A program made the translations under genes and the position numbers. This document shows positions 1-9,200 of a stretch of 18,271 nt of DNA, piece by piece (the stretch's first letter is position 1; each line of letters opens with the position of its first letter). Origin of the DNA: Gemmatimonas sp. (GTDB taxonomy: Bacteria > Gemmatimonadota > Gemmatimonadetes > Gemmatimonadales > Gemmatimonadaceae); NCBI GenBank assembly GCA_031414535.1, contig JANNVQ010000016.1, positions 1-18,271 of the forward strand, read 5' to 3'. The notes below the pieces were generated by a model, which was not told the DNA's origin, ran no database searches, and worked only from the letters and a program-made list of their open reading frames with translations.

Positions 1-2
1 CG

Positions 3-53
3 GAGCGGAAGCTGGCGCTCACCTGGCGTCCCGCGCGCGAGGCCGCCGTATAA
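3..53 (+). CDS. 3' end of an upstream cassette gene (partial; ...ERKLALTWRPAREAAV*)
   Basis: Open frame from the window edge ending at TAA 51-53 inside the R'' box of attC1, the typical cassette layout. Confidence 0.5.
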   Translation, partial: ERKLALTWRPAREAAV

Positions 54-185
54 CGACGCTTGCTGACTGACAGCCGCGGGTGCGGATGCAGTGGTGGGGC
101 GCTGGCGTTATCGTAGTGGGACGCCCTGCGGTCGCCCCACCCCAGCTTCTTATGGGAGCGCTTGCAGCAGAAGCAAACGTTATAT
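48..185 (+). repeat. attC site 1 (138 bp)
   Basis: R'' GTATAAC (48-54), L'' GCTTGCTG, L' CAGCAGAAGC, R' GTTATAT (179-185); internal GTGGGGCG/CGCCCCAC stem. Confidence 0.9.
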
Positions 186-220
186 GGACGCGCGTATTCC
201 CACGCAGCTTCGGAGGCCTC

Positions 221-787
221 GTGCGATTTCCGATTCTCTCGCTCGTGCTCGTGGTTGGAGTGCTCGCAAGTCCACGATTCCTCGCCGGCCAAGGGCCGCG
301 CGCACCGGCCGGATGCTACTGGTTCTCCAACACAAGCGGGCTCTTCTTCTGGTCGACATACGACCAGTGGACGCGCACCTCTTCCGAGCACACGAGCGAG
401 ATCATCGAGTTCACGCAGACGCCCGTCAACCGCAACGGCGCGTTCCGGCTCCGGGCACCCGGCATGCGTGACACAACCGCGCAGCGCCAGTTCGCAGAGA
501 GTGTCTGGGGCCGGACCACCCCGGATTCGGTAGCGCTCACATGGGGTGATGGCCACGCGGGCCTGACGCTGCGGCTCCAGATCCGCGGCGACTCGCTGGT
601 CGGGACTGCTTCCCCCTTCAGCGACATGATGCGGGGTGTGGTGCAGGCCGAGATCCGAGGGGACTCGATCGTGTTCCTCGGCGTCATTGATGAAGAGAGC
701 GAGGTACACCCGGCTGATCTGCCGAGGCCCGTCGCGGCACACAAAGTGCCGTGTCCGACCGCGTCGCCACGCGGAGGCGCCACATAA
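221..787 (+). CDS. Cassette-encoded hypothetical secreted protein (~188 aa)
   Basis: The ORF-track start at 80 lies inside attC1. In-frame GTG at 221 follows GGAGG (212-216) and gives a signal-peptide-like N-terminus (MRFPILSLVLVVGVLAS). The stop TAA is within R'' of attC2. Confidence 0.7.
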   Translation: MRFPILSLVLVVGVLASPRFLAGQGPRAPAGCYWFSNTSGLFFWSTYDQWTRTSSEHTSEIIEFTQTPVNRNGAFRLRAPGMRDTTAQRQFAESVWGRTTPDSVALTWGDGHAGLTLRLQIRGDSLVGTASPFSDMMRGVVQAEIRGDSIVFLGVIDEESEVHPADLPRPVAAHKVPCPTASPRGGAT

Positions 788-918
788 CGACGCTTGCTGC
801 CGCCAGCCGCGGGTAAGGATGCAGTTGTGGGGCGCCCGCACTATTGTAATGGGAAGTCCTGCGGCCGCCCCACAACTGCTTTTTATGGAAGCGGCTGCAG
901 CAGAAGCACACGTTATAG
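782..918 (+). repeat. attC site 2 (137 bp)
   Basis: R'' ACATAAC, R' GTTATAG, L boxes with extra unpaired bases; 14-bp internal stem GCAGTTGTGGGGCG/CGCCCCACAACTGC; nearly identical to attC5. Confidence 0.93.
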
Positions 919-930
919 CGACCGAGCGGG

Positions 931-1326
931 CTAGAGCTTTAGCCGAACCAAGCGCTCTCGGATCCATTTCGCCATTGCCGCTTCCGTGAGCGAGCCAGCC
1001 GCCAGCGCCGTCATCACCTGGACGACTTCTGTCTCCGTCGCATCGAGGTCCTTTCCATTCAGTCCGAGAAAGATGACGGACGTCAGGAACGCCGTGCGCT
1101 TGTTCCCGTCGTTGAACGCATGCGCCTTTGCGAGCCCGAATGCGTACGCCGCGGCAAGGGTCGCGTGGTCCGAGTCGGGCTCGTAGTGCGCCTTCTGTTG
1201 CGGACGCGCGAGCGCGGCTTCTAACGCGTTCTCATCGCGGATGCCCGGCAATCCGCCGTGCTCACGCAACTGGTCGAGGTGCGCGGCGTCCACGACGAGC
1301 CGTGGCACCCATCGCAGGGCGGCCAC
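931..1326 (-). CDS. doc: Death-on-curing (Doc/Fic family) type II toxin
   Basis: Doc-type Fic motif HAFNDGNKRTA; N-terminal HGGLPGIRD..LEAALARP; 131 aa; directly downstream of an AbrB-like gene. Confidence 0.92.
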   Translation of the reverse strand: MAALRWVPRLVVDAAHLDQLREHGGLPGIRDENALEAALARPQQKAHYEPDSDHATLAAAYAFGLAKAHAFNDGNKRTAFLTSVIFLGLNGKDLDATETEVVQVMTALAAGSLTEAAMAKWIRERLVRLKL

Positions 1327-1329
1327 GCG

Positions 1330-1557
1330 CTACTTCGCCAGTTCGCGGAGCGCGTTCCGGAACTTCTTCGCTGCGTGCGCGGCGACCGCGAGGCCCGCTT
1401 CCACATCGGGGTCGTACGGGGTCAGCAGAATGCCGCGGTCCGTCTCCACCGCGAGCACGCGATCGCCCGCCTCAAGATGCAGGCGGTCGGCCATATCCTT
1501 CGGAATTGTCGCGCCGATCGAGCCGCCAACTTGGCGCAGGGTAAGCTCGCGCACCAT
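1330..1557 (-). CDS. AbrB/MazE/SpoVT-family antitoxin
   Basis: LRQVGGSIGATIPKDMADRLHLEAGD swapped-hairpin signature; C-terminal FRNALRELAK as in Doc-associated antidotes; GGAG RBS upstream. Confidence 0.88.
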   Translation of the reverse strand: MVRELTLRQVGGSIGATIPKDMADRLHLEAGDRVLAVETDRGILLTPYDPDVEAGLAVAAHAAKKFRNALRELAK

Positions 1558-1560
1558 ATG

Positions 1561-1613
1561 TGCTCCGTAGTACAGGTATGCTACAAAGGTAGCATCTACG
1601 TGCTACGGCGCAA
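1561..1613 (-). promoter_or_regulatory. Putative TA promoter (TTGCGC-N16-TACCTT) with nested palindromic operator
   Basis: ATGCTAC-AAAG-GTAGCAT (1578-1595) nested in TGCTCCGTAGTAC...GTGCTACGGCGCA; -35 at 1613-1608 and -10 at 1591-1586 on the minus strand. Confidence 0.6.
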
Positions 1614-1624
1614 GGGTGCGCGCG

Positions 1625-1759
1625 CTATAACGACGCTTGCTGCCGATGGCCGCGGGTGCGGATGGGTTGGGCGGGCTGGCCGCGATGTGACTTGATGGTT
1701 GCGGCCACCCCGCCCAACCCTTTTTATATGAGCGTCCACAGCAGAAGCACACGTTATGC
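1625..1759 (+). repeat. attC site 3 (135 bp)
   Basis: R'' CTATAAC, R' GTTATGC; L boxes GCTTGCTG/CAGCAGAAGC; internal stem GGGTTGGGCGGG/CCCGCCCAACCC. Confidence 0.92.
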
Positions 1760-1865
1760 CGACAGCCGAAGCCGCTGCCTTAACCACACACACCGACTTG
1801 GACAGCGCCGCGCGCGGTATAGTTTCCAGAGTAGCATTCGCCATCTCGCCGCCCACTTCCAAGCT

Positions 1866-2444
1866 ATGCGTCCAATACTCGTTTGCCTCGCCGCGCTCCT
1901 TGCGATCGCCCCGAGGCACATCAACGCCCAAGTCTCGCTGCGTCCCCATCCGAGCGGACGCGCATCGAGTGAGGTCGTCCTCGCGTATCCCCAAGGCCAA
2001 GCCCCGGCTGGCGCCGTCAATGTGTCCATCAAGGTGGACTACGGCGTTCCGCACCTGCGCGGGCGCACGGTGCACGTCGGCGACGTCGTGCCCTACGACG
2101 CGGCCTGGCGCACCGGCGCCAACGCCTCCACCACGCTTACGACCGGCGCGAACCTGCAGATGGGCGGCGTTGCCGTGCCGGCCGGCACCTACGTCGTATA
2201 CACGTTGCCTACTCGGCAAGGCTGGACACTGATTCTGCAGAAGCCCGTCGGACAGTCGGCCACGGCGTACGATGCCACGCATGACGTGGCGCGCATCCCG
2301 TTGCGGCCGTCGACGCTCGCGCAGGCAATCGAAAGCCTCACCATCTGGCTCATCCCCTCGACGGCCACGGATGCCGCGCGCGGCGAGTTTCGCCTGGCGT
2401 GGGGTACCGTCCAGGTCTCGACCGACTGGGTGGTCACTCCATAA
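1866..2444 (+). CDS. DUF2911 domain-containing secreted protein
   Basis: Motifs VDYG.P.LRGR, VPYD..WRTGAN.ST, VPAGTY.VYTLP, WTLIL; signal peptide from ATG 1866 (the longer ORF start at 1656 lies inside attC3). Confidence 0.8.
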   Translation: MRPILVCLAALLAIAPRHINAQVSLRPHPSGRASSEVVLAYPQGQAPAGAVNVSIKVDYGVPHLRGRTVHVGDVVPYDAAWRTGANASTTLTTGANLQMGGVAVPAGTYVVYTLPTRQGWTLILQKPVGQSATAYDATHDVARIPLRPSTLAQAIESLTIWLIPSTATDAARGEFRLAWGTVQVSTDWVVTP

Positions 2445-2531
2445 GTGGTACAGCCGACTTCTGGCAGTGCCAACGCCGAAGGCGCGAAGCATTGGCGATC
2501 ATCGACCGTGCATCCTGCGGAGAGATAGGCG

Positions 2532-2870
2532 ATGAACGGCGCGGTGCTCGGCAAGTCGGTGCTCTTCTTTACGCTTGCAGGCCTCTGCGAACTCGGAGGC
2601 GCGTACCTAATTTGGCTTTGGCTCAAAGGCGGACGATCCGCTTGGCTGGGCGTCTTGGGAGCCGCCGTCTTGGTGACCTACGGCTATCTGCACACGCAGC
2701 AGCCGTCGAACTATGGCCGCATCCAGGCCGCTTATAGCGGATATTTCATCGCACTTGCCTTGCTGTGGGGATGGCTGGTCGACAAGGTTGCTCCGGACAG
2801 ATATGATCTCGTTGGCGCGGCGATTGCCTTGGTCGGCGTGTCGGTCATTATGTACTGGCCAAGACCCTGA
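2532..2870 (+). CDS. ynfA: YnfA/UPF0060 family small membrane protein (SMR-like)
   Basis: LAGLCELGGAYLIWLWLK, GRIQAAYSGYFI, W.W.VD...PDRYD; 112 aa with four hydrophobic segments. Confidence 0.88.
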   Translation: MNGAVLGKSVLFFTLAGLCELGGAYLIWLWLKGGRSAWLGVLGAAVLVTYGYLHTQQPSNYGRIQAAYSGYFIALALLWGWLVDKVAPDRYDLVGAAIALVGVSVIMYWPRP

Positions 2871-2975
2871 TTCTTCAGCCGACCGCCGGGGTCGAACTCG
2901 CACCCAGCCGGAGCGGTTTCCCTCGGCTTCCTCAAATCGCTTTCGCGCGCGGTGATTTCTGATTACACTGCTTGT

Positions 2976-3404
2976 GTGAAGACTCGTGACCCAATCCTGC
3001 GCCGCCTCACCGCGTGCGTGCTCGCTCTGAGCTTCGGCCTCTACACCGCCGAGTCTCTGTTTGCGGACACTCACGATGGCGATGCGACTCACGAAGAGTT
3101 GGCCCGAGTCGACGGAGCCAGTGAGCACGCTGCGTTTCACCTCGCTCACGGCGACGAGGTTAAGGAATCGCAGCTCGGTGCACGCGAAGACTCTCCCGAG
3201 AATCACCCCGGTGAGCGCGCTCCCGGAGAACCTGGGCACGATCAACACGCCTGTCACTGTGCACACGTGCACAGCGGCTGGATGCAGTCCCCGCCGCAGT
3301 GCGAAGCAGAGCTCGCCGTCAACAGCGGCCAGCCGATGCAGTTCTGCGAGCAGACACCCGCGAGCCGTCAGGGCGAGCCCCAACTCCGGCCGCCGATCGG
3401 CTGA
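2976..3404 (+). CDS. His/Cys-rich exported leader protein upstream of czcC (CzcI/DUF2946-like)
   Basis: Signal-like N-terminus, many His, HACHCAHVH motif, C-terminal LRPPIG. GTG 2976 lies 6 nt after a TACACT -10-like hexamer (2964-2969); start uncertain. Confidence 0.6.
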   Translation: MKTRDPILRRLTACVLALSFGLYTAESLFADTHDGDATHEELARVDGASEHAAFHLAHGDEVKESQLGAREDSPENHPGERAPGEPGHDQHACHCAHVHSGWMQSPPQCEAELAVNSGQPMQFCEQTPASRQGEPQLRPPIG

Positions 3405-3411
3405 TTCTCTC

Positions 3412-3538
3412 GCGCGGCGCTGACGCTCGGCCATAGTGGCCGACGCGTAATCAGTGCGCCGCGCTCCTGCCGCCTACGCGGACAGGCCCCAAACAACTCG
3501 CCGCTTGATCTGAGATCGTCGCAATTCGTTGCGACGAT
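3412..3538 (+). promoter_or_regulatory. Two strong stem-loops between leader ORF and czcC
   Basis: GCGCGGCGC..TCGGCCA-TAG-TGGCCGA..GCGCCGCGC (3412-3464) and perfect ATCGTCGCAA-TTCG-TTGCGACGAT (3515-3538). Confidence 0.55.
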
Positions 3539-3580
3539 TCAACGGCCGCATTGGAACGCACGCGAGAGCGCCCAGTCACG

Positions 3581-5026
3581 ATGCGACCCATCAATCGAGC
3601 GAGGCCAAGCAAAGGGAGACAATCACTCGTGGCATCTGCTCAGGAACAAACCGCACGTCCCAATCGACTCCGTCGATGCGTACAGCGCGCCGCACTCGTC
3701 TTCGCCGCGAGTGCGGCATGGGCGATCCCGCTCTCAGCGCAGAGCGTGACCCGCAACACCGCTACCGATACGCTCCACCTGGATATCAACGACGTGCAGC
3801 GGCTCGCGATCCGGCAGAATCTGAACCTCTTGGCCACACGACAGGAGTTGTCGATTGCCGCTGGCGCACTTCGTCAGGCGCGCGTCTATCAGTTCAATCC
3901 CGACTTCACGCTGCAAGCCGTAGGAGATGGCGGATCAGATGGACCGTTTGAGCTGTTGCTCACGCAGGAAATTGAGTGGGCAGGCCAGCGCGGACTTCGC
4001 ATCGGCGCGGCACGTGAGGGACAAGTCCGCGCGACCGCATTCGTTCAGAATGCGGCGCGAGTGTCGCTCGCCTCGGCAAGTGTCGGCTTCTACCGGGCAT
4101 TCGCTTCGGAGCGCCGGCTCGAAGTGGCGCGGGATGCTCTCGCGCTCACTGAGCGCCTAATCGCAGCCGTGCGCACGCAGCTCGCTGAAGGCGAAATCAG
4201 CACGATGGAGGCGAACCTGGCCGAAATTGAAGCGGGACGAGCGCGTGGTCGGGTCTTGAGCGCGCAACGCGCTGAACTCGGAGCGGCGTTCGAACTCAAG
4301 CAACTCCTCGGACTGAGACCTGAGACAGCGATTCGACTCGTCTCCGACTCGTTGAACACTTCAAGTCCGCTAGGCAAGCAACCCTCCCCGACCGAGGATT
4401 CGTTAGTCGCACTCGCGTTGGCGCGACGGCCGGACCTCGCAGCGAGCGAAGCGGCGGTACGCGAGATCGAGAAGCTAACGAGCCTCTCGCGCCGCTCGGC
4501 GTTCCCCAACGTGCGCATCGGCGCTGTTGTGGAGCGGGCGGAGAGTGGTGGCTCAGCTGACATCGGGCCCGCAATCGGCTTGAGCATCCCGCTCTTCAAC
4601 CGCAACCAAGGGCTTGTGGACCAACGCCGAGCGCTCACCGAACAGGCTCGACTTGATCAACGCGCCACCGAACTTGGAATCCGAAGCGACGTGCTGGAGT
4701 CCGCTCGAGCGTATCGCACGGCCTCCGAAGAGGTTGCTGTGTTCGAGACGACCGTGGTGCGACCAGCGCGCGCAAACATCGAACTGCTCGAGACGGCCTA
4801 CCGAGCCGGGAAAATTGCATTGCCAACGCTACTGCTGCTTCGCAACCAACTGCTCGACGCGGAGTTCGGCTATTGGGATGCTTGGCTTGCTCAGCGCGAA
4901 GCGTTGGTACGCCTCGAGGCAGCAACTGGTGCGCTTACTCCCACCGCCGCTGCTCTTCAACCACTCAATGCCGCCTCGGTCGACGGACCGACCAAGTCTG
5001 ATTCCTCATCCAGGACTTCCCCGTGA
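3581..5026 (+). CDS. czcC: TolC-family outer-membrane efflux protein (CzcC-like)
   Basis: OEP repeats (ALARRPDL, GLSIPLFNRNQG, AYRAGKI.L..LL); first gene of a C-B-A cluster; start uncertain (TTG 3551 or ATG 3581). Confidence 0.85.
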   Translation: MRPINRARPSKGRQSLVASAQEQTARPNRLRRCVQRAALVFAASAAWAIPLSAQSVTRNTATDTLHLDINDVQRLAIRQNLNLLATRQELSIAAGALRQARVYQFNPDFTLQAVGDGGSDGPFELLLTQEIEWAGQRGLRIGAAREGQVRATAFVQNAARVSLASASVGFYRAFASERRLEVARDALALTERLIAAVRTQLAEGEISTMEANLAEIEAGRARGRVLSAQRAELGAAFELKQLLGLRPETAIRLVSDSLNTSSPLGKQPSPTEDSLVALALARRPDLAASEAAVREIEKLTSLSRRSAFPNVRIGAVVERAESGGSADIGPAIGLSIPLFNRNQGLVDQRRALTEQARLDQRATELGIRSDVLESARAYRTASEEVAVFETTVVRPARANIELLETAYRAGKIALPTLLLLRNQLLDAEFGYWDAWLAQREALVRLEAATGALTPTAAALQPLNAASVDGPTKSDSSSRTSP

Positions 5027-6216
5027 TCACGCTGACGACATTTAGGCGGGTGCACAGCGCCTCGCCCAGCTTCTCCATACTCGTACTTGTAGGAGCACTC
5101 GCGATTGGCGCCTGCGGCGGTGGCGATGCCGCACCCGCTGAAACAGCCGCAGCAGAGGAACACGCGGGTGAAGAAGGAGTGGTCGTGCTCGACACGGCGG
5201 CGATTCGGCTCGGCGGCATTCAGGTAGGCGAAGTCCAATCAGTCACCACAACCGCCTTGGCTGTGACCGGCTCCATCACCTTCGACGCTGACCGAGTCAG
5301 CCACGTCGGTTCGCGCTCCAACGGACGCATCGTCGCGGTGCGAAGCGACCTCGGTGCGCAGGTTGCGCGCGGTCAAGCACTTGCTACGCTCGAAAGCGTC
5401 GAAGTGGGACAGATTCGTGCCGAAGAGCGCGAAGCTGAGGCGCTCCTGAAGATTGCGCAAGAGAACTACGCGCGTGAACAACGGCTCGCCGAGCAAGGCA
5501 TCTCGAGCCGCAAGGAACTGCTCGAGGCGGAGGCAATGCTGCGCCGAGGAGAAGCGGCGCTGCACAGCGCCGAGGACCGGCTGCAAGTCCTCGGTGCGTC
5601 GCACGACCACGGTGCGGGTGGTGAGTTCACACTCGTAGCGCCCTTCGCGGGCGTTGTCGTCGCGCGCGATGCCAGTCTCGGTGAGATGGCTACGCCGGCT
5701 GACACGCTCTTCACCGTGGCGGACCTCTCCGAAGTATGGATTGAACTCGACATCTTTGAGCGTGACCTCGCTCGCGTCAAGCGTGGCCAGTCAGTCGCAG
5801 TGCTCGTCTCGGCGTACCCGAGTCGCAGCTTTCCCGGCCGCATTGTTTACGTTGGCGACGTACTCGATCCCGCAAAGCGCACGGTCCGCGCGCGCGTTGA
5901 GATTCCGAATCGTGATGCCGCACTCAAGCCGGGGATGTTCGCCACGGCCAACATCCAAGTCGGCGGCGGCGGACCTCCGATGGCCGTCGTGCCACAGGAC
6001 GCCGTGCAAACGGTCGAGGGCAAGCTCGTCGTATTCGTGCCCGGCGACGCACCCGGAGAGTTTCGTACCGTCGCGGTCGAGGTGGGTCCCACCACCGACG
6101 GCAACCGCATCGTCATCCTGTCGGGCATTGCGCCAGGCAGTCGCGTCGTCACCGTAGGGGCCTTCGCGCTTCGATCCGAGCTCAGTAAGGGCGAGATCGG
6201 GGAGCACGGACACTGA
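5023..6216 (+). CDS. czcB: RND periplasmic adaptor (CzcB-like membrane fusion protein), lipoprotein
   Basis: Lipobox LAIGAC; APFAGVV, LFTVADLSEVW, LDPAKRTVRAR, LKPGMFA motifs; GTGA overlap with czcC. Confidence 0.9.
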   Translation: MITLTTFRRVHSASPSFSILVLVGALAIGACGGGDAAPAETAAAEEHAGEEGVVVLDTAAIRLGGIQVGEVQSVTTTALAVTGSITFDADRVSHVGSRSNGRIVAVRSDLGAQVARGQALATLESVEVGQIRAEEREAEALLKIAQENYAREQRLAEQGISSRKELLEAEAMLRRGEAALHSAEDRLQVLGASHDHGAGGEFTLVAPFAGVVVARDASLGEMATPADTLFTVADLSEVWIELDIFERDLARVKRGQSVAVLVSAYPSRSFPGRIVYVGDVLDPAKRTVRARVEIPNRDAALKPGMFATANIQVGGGGPPMAVVPQDAVQTVEGKLVVFVPGDAPGEFRTVAVEVGPTTDGNRIVILSGIAPGSRVVTVGAFALRSELSKGEIGEHGH

Positions 6217-6217
6217 T

Positions 6218-9200
6218 ATGCGCTCAGTCATCAGCTTCGTATTAAAGCAGCGGCTGCTCGTCCTCGGCTTGACGGCGATGCTCGTCGGCGTGGGAATCTG
6301 GAGCGCCCTCCGGCTGCCAATCGACGCAGTACCCGACGTCACGAACGTGCAGGTGCAAATCAACACAAACGCTGCAGCGCTACCTCCCACGGAGGTGGAG
6401 CGGCAGGTCACGCTACCCGTAGAGCTTGCGATGTTCGGCCTTCCGAACCTCGAAGAGATTCGTTCCATCTCAAAGTTTGGCCTGTCGCAAGTGACCGTGG
6501 TCTTCGAGGAAGGCACGGACATCTATTTCGCACGACAACAAGTGCAGGAGCGCTTGCAGCAGGCTCGCGAGGAGATTCCCGCAGGCTACGGAACGCCCGA
6601 GATGGGTCCCATCTCAAGCGGACTCGGCGAGGTATTCCAGTACTCTATTGAAGCGGACTCAGGTGCAGGCGTTGATGCCACGGAACTCAGGACCTTGCAA
6701 GACTGGCTCGTGGCACCACAGCTCCGCGCGGTCAAGGGAGTAGCTGAGGTCAATGCATTCGGTGGTTTCGAGAAGCAGTACCAGGTGCTCGTGCGCCCGG
6801 ATGCGCTCGTGCAGTACGACCTGACGCTCCAGCGCGTCCTCGACGCCATTGCATCAAACAACCAGAACGCGGGCGGCGGATATATCACGAAAGGCGCTGA
6901 GCAACTCGTGATTCGCGGAGTCGGTCAAGTTCAGGACCTCGACCAGATTCGTAGCATCGTCGTATCGAGTCGCGGCGGCACGCCAGTGCTTGTCAGTGAT
7001 ATCGCGGACGTCGTGATTGGTTCGACAATCCGTCAGGGCGCGGTGACCAAGGACGGAACTGGCGAAGTCGTGACCGGCATCGTGATGATGCGAATGGGTG
7101 AGAACTCGCGCACCGTCGTGCAGTCCGTCAAGGAGCGCTTCGCCGTGGCTGCGAGCAGCCTTCCACCGGGTGTGCGCCTCGTACCGTTTTACGATCGCGC
7201 GGAGCTCGTCAACCGCACGATCAAGACGGTGGAGAAGAATCTTATTGAGGGCGCTGTGCTGGTTGTTGTGGTGCTCTTCCTATTGCTGGGAAACATTCGT
7301 GGCGCGCTCATTGTGGCCGCGGCGATTCCGCTTTCGATGTTCTTCGCGCTCAGCGGAATGTTGAAGGCAGGCATCGCGGGCAGTCTAATGAGCCTCGGCG
7401 CAATTGATTTCGGCCTCGTGGTTGATGGGTCTGTCGTGATGGTCGAGAACTCGATGCGCCGTCTGGGCCACCGCAAGCCAGATGAAAGCTTCTTGCAGAC
7501 GGTGCTTGATTCCTGCGCTGAGGTTGCGCGTCCGATTCTCTTCGGTGTTGGCATCATCATCATCGTGTACTTGCCCATCCTCACGCTTGAGGGCGTTGAG
7601 GGCAAGATGTTCAGACCAATGGCGCTCACCGTAGTCTTTGCGCTCGTGGGCTCGTTGTTACTGACCTTCCTTCTCACACCCGTGCTCATTTCGCTCTTCT
7701 TGAAGGGCAAGGTTGAGGAGAAGGACGTTTGGCTGATGCAGAAGGCCAAGGCTATCTATGAGCCGGCGTTGGCGTGGACGCTCGCGCATAGCCGTCGTGT
7801 GATTACTGGTGCCGCCGCGGCGTTCGCGCTTGCAGTGGTCGCCGTGCCCTTCCTTGGGTCCGAGTTCATCCCGCGGCTGGATGAAGGCTCGTTCGCATTG
7901 CAGGTGCTTCGGCTCCCAAGCGTATCCCTCGAAGAATCGGTGCGTCAGACGACGCAACTGGAACAAGTGCTGATCGAGACGTTTCCCGATGAGGTGATTG
8001 ACGTCGTGGCCAAGACGGGACGCCCGGAGATTGCGACGGACCCGATGGGCGTGAACATCTCGGACATCTTCGTGATCCTCGCGCCGCCGGACAAATGGAC
8101 AAAGGCTGAGTCGAAAGCCGACCTCGAGCTGCAGATGTCAGAGGCATTGGGCAGGATTCCCGGTCTCGTGTTCAGCTTCAGCCAGCCGATTGAGTTGCGA
8201 GTAAACGAACTCATCGCCGGTGTGCGCAGCGACCTCGCCATCAAGATCTACGGCGAAGATCTAGGCCAGCTGAGCCAGACCGCCGCACAGGTGGTAGCCG
8301 CAGTCTCTCAGCTGGAGGGGGCAACGGGCTTCAAGGCACAGCAGCTGGAGGGAATGCCGCAGCTCCAAATCACTGTGTTGCCGGCCCAGCTGGCGCGTTA
8401 TGGCATCAATTCTGCTGATGTAATGCAGGTGGTGGAGGCGTTAGGAGGGGCGGAAGTTTCGCAGGTGCTTGAAGGCCAGCGTCGCTTCGCCCTAACCGTG
8501 CGCTTGCCGGCCGAGGTGCGCCAGAACGCCGCTACCATCAGCAACATCCTCGTTAGTGCGCCCACGGGCGAGCGTGTACCGCTGGGTACCCTTGCGCGGG
8601 TTGAAGAAGTGAATGGTCCGGCGGAGATCAGCCACGAGAATGGCTCTCGACTGGTCATCGTCGAAGGCAATGTGCGCGGGCGCGACATCGGAGGCTTTGT
8701 CGCTGACGTGCGGGCGCTCTTCGATGATGGCGTGATTGAGTTGCCGACTGGCTATCGTCCGGAATACGGTGGGCAGTTTGAGAATCTCGAACGGGCGAGT
8801 AAGCGGCTTACCCTGGTGGTGCCGCTGTCGCTGTTGCTGATCTTCCTGATGTTGTTTGCTACGTTCAACTCGCTGCGGCAGGCGGCGCTGGTGTTCACGG
8901 GCATTCCACTCGCCGCAGTGGGCGGTGTCTTTGCGCTCTTGCTGCGCGGGATGCCCTTCTCGATTTCCGCAGGCGTCGGTTTTATCGCGCTCTTCGGCGT
9001 CGCGGTGCTCAACGGCCTCGTGATGGTTTCATACATCAATGAATTGCGGCAGCACGGGCGCCCGCTGGTGGATGCAGTGCGCGAAGGTGCGATGACGCGT
9101 TTGCGTCCCGTGCTGATGACCGCGTTGGTGGCGAGTCTCGGATTCATTCCGATGGCGCTCTCAAGCGGTGCGGGCGCCGAGGTGCAGCGGCCGTTAGCGA

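Noticed and set aside
80..220. N-terminal extensions of ORFs 80..787, 1656..2444 and 16466..16819
   Set aside because: They start inside attC sites; downstream starts (221, 1866, 16616) give sensible proteins within cassette limits.
48..1759. Repeats read as a CRISPR array or REP/BIME elements
   Set aside because: Units are ~135 bp, imperfect, separated by whole genes and have attC R/L box architecture; no cas genes.
1798..1823. Possible promoter TTGGAC...TATAGT ahead of DUF2911
   Set aside because: The -10 is good but the spacing to the -35-like hexamer is only 14 nt; not supportable.
2437..2531. Possible degenerate attC after DUF2911 (CTCCATAAG, small GCCAA/TTGGC hairpin)
   Set aside because: TAAG rather than TAAC, no GCTTGCTG/CAGAAGC arms and no closing GTT box.
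3412..3538. Hairpins as an intrinsic terminator or NiCo riboswitch
   Set aside because: No U-tract follows either stem, and I cannot recognise the NiCo four-way junction by eye; an Rfam scan would be needed.
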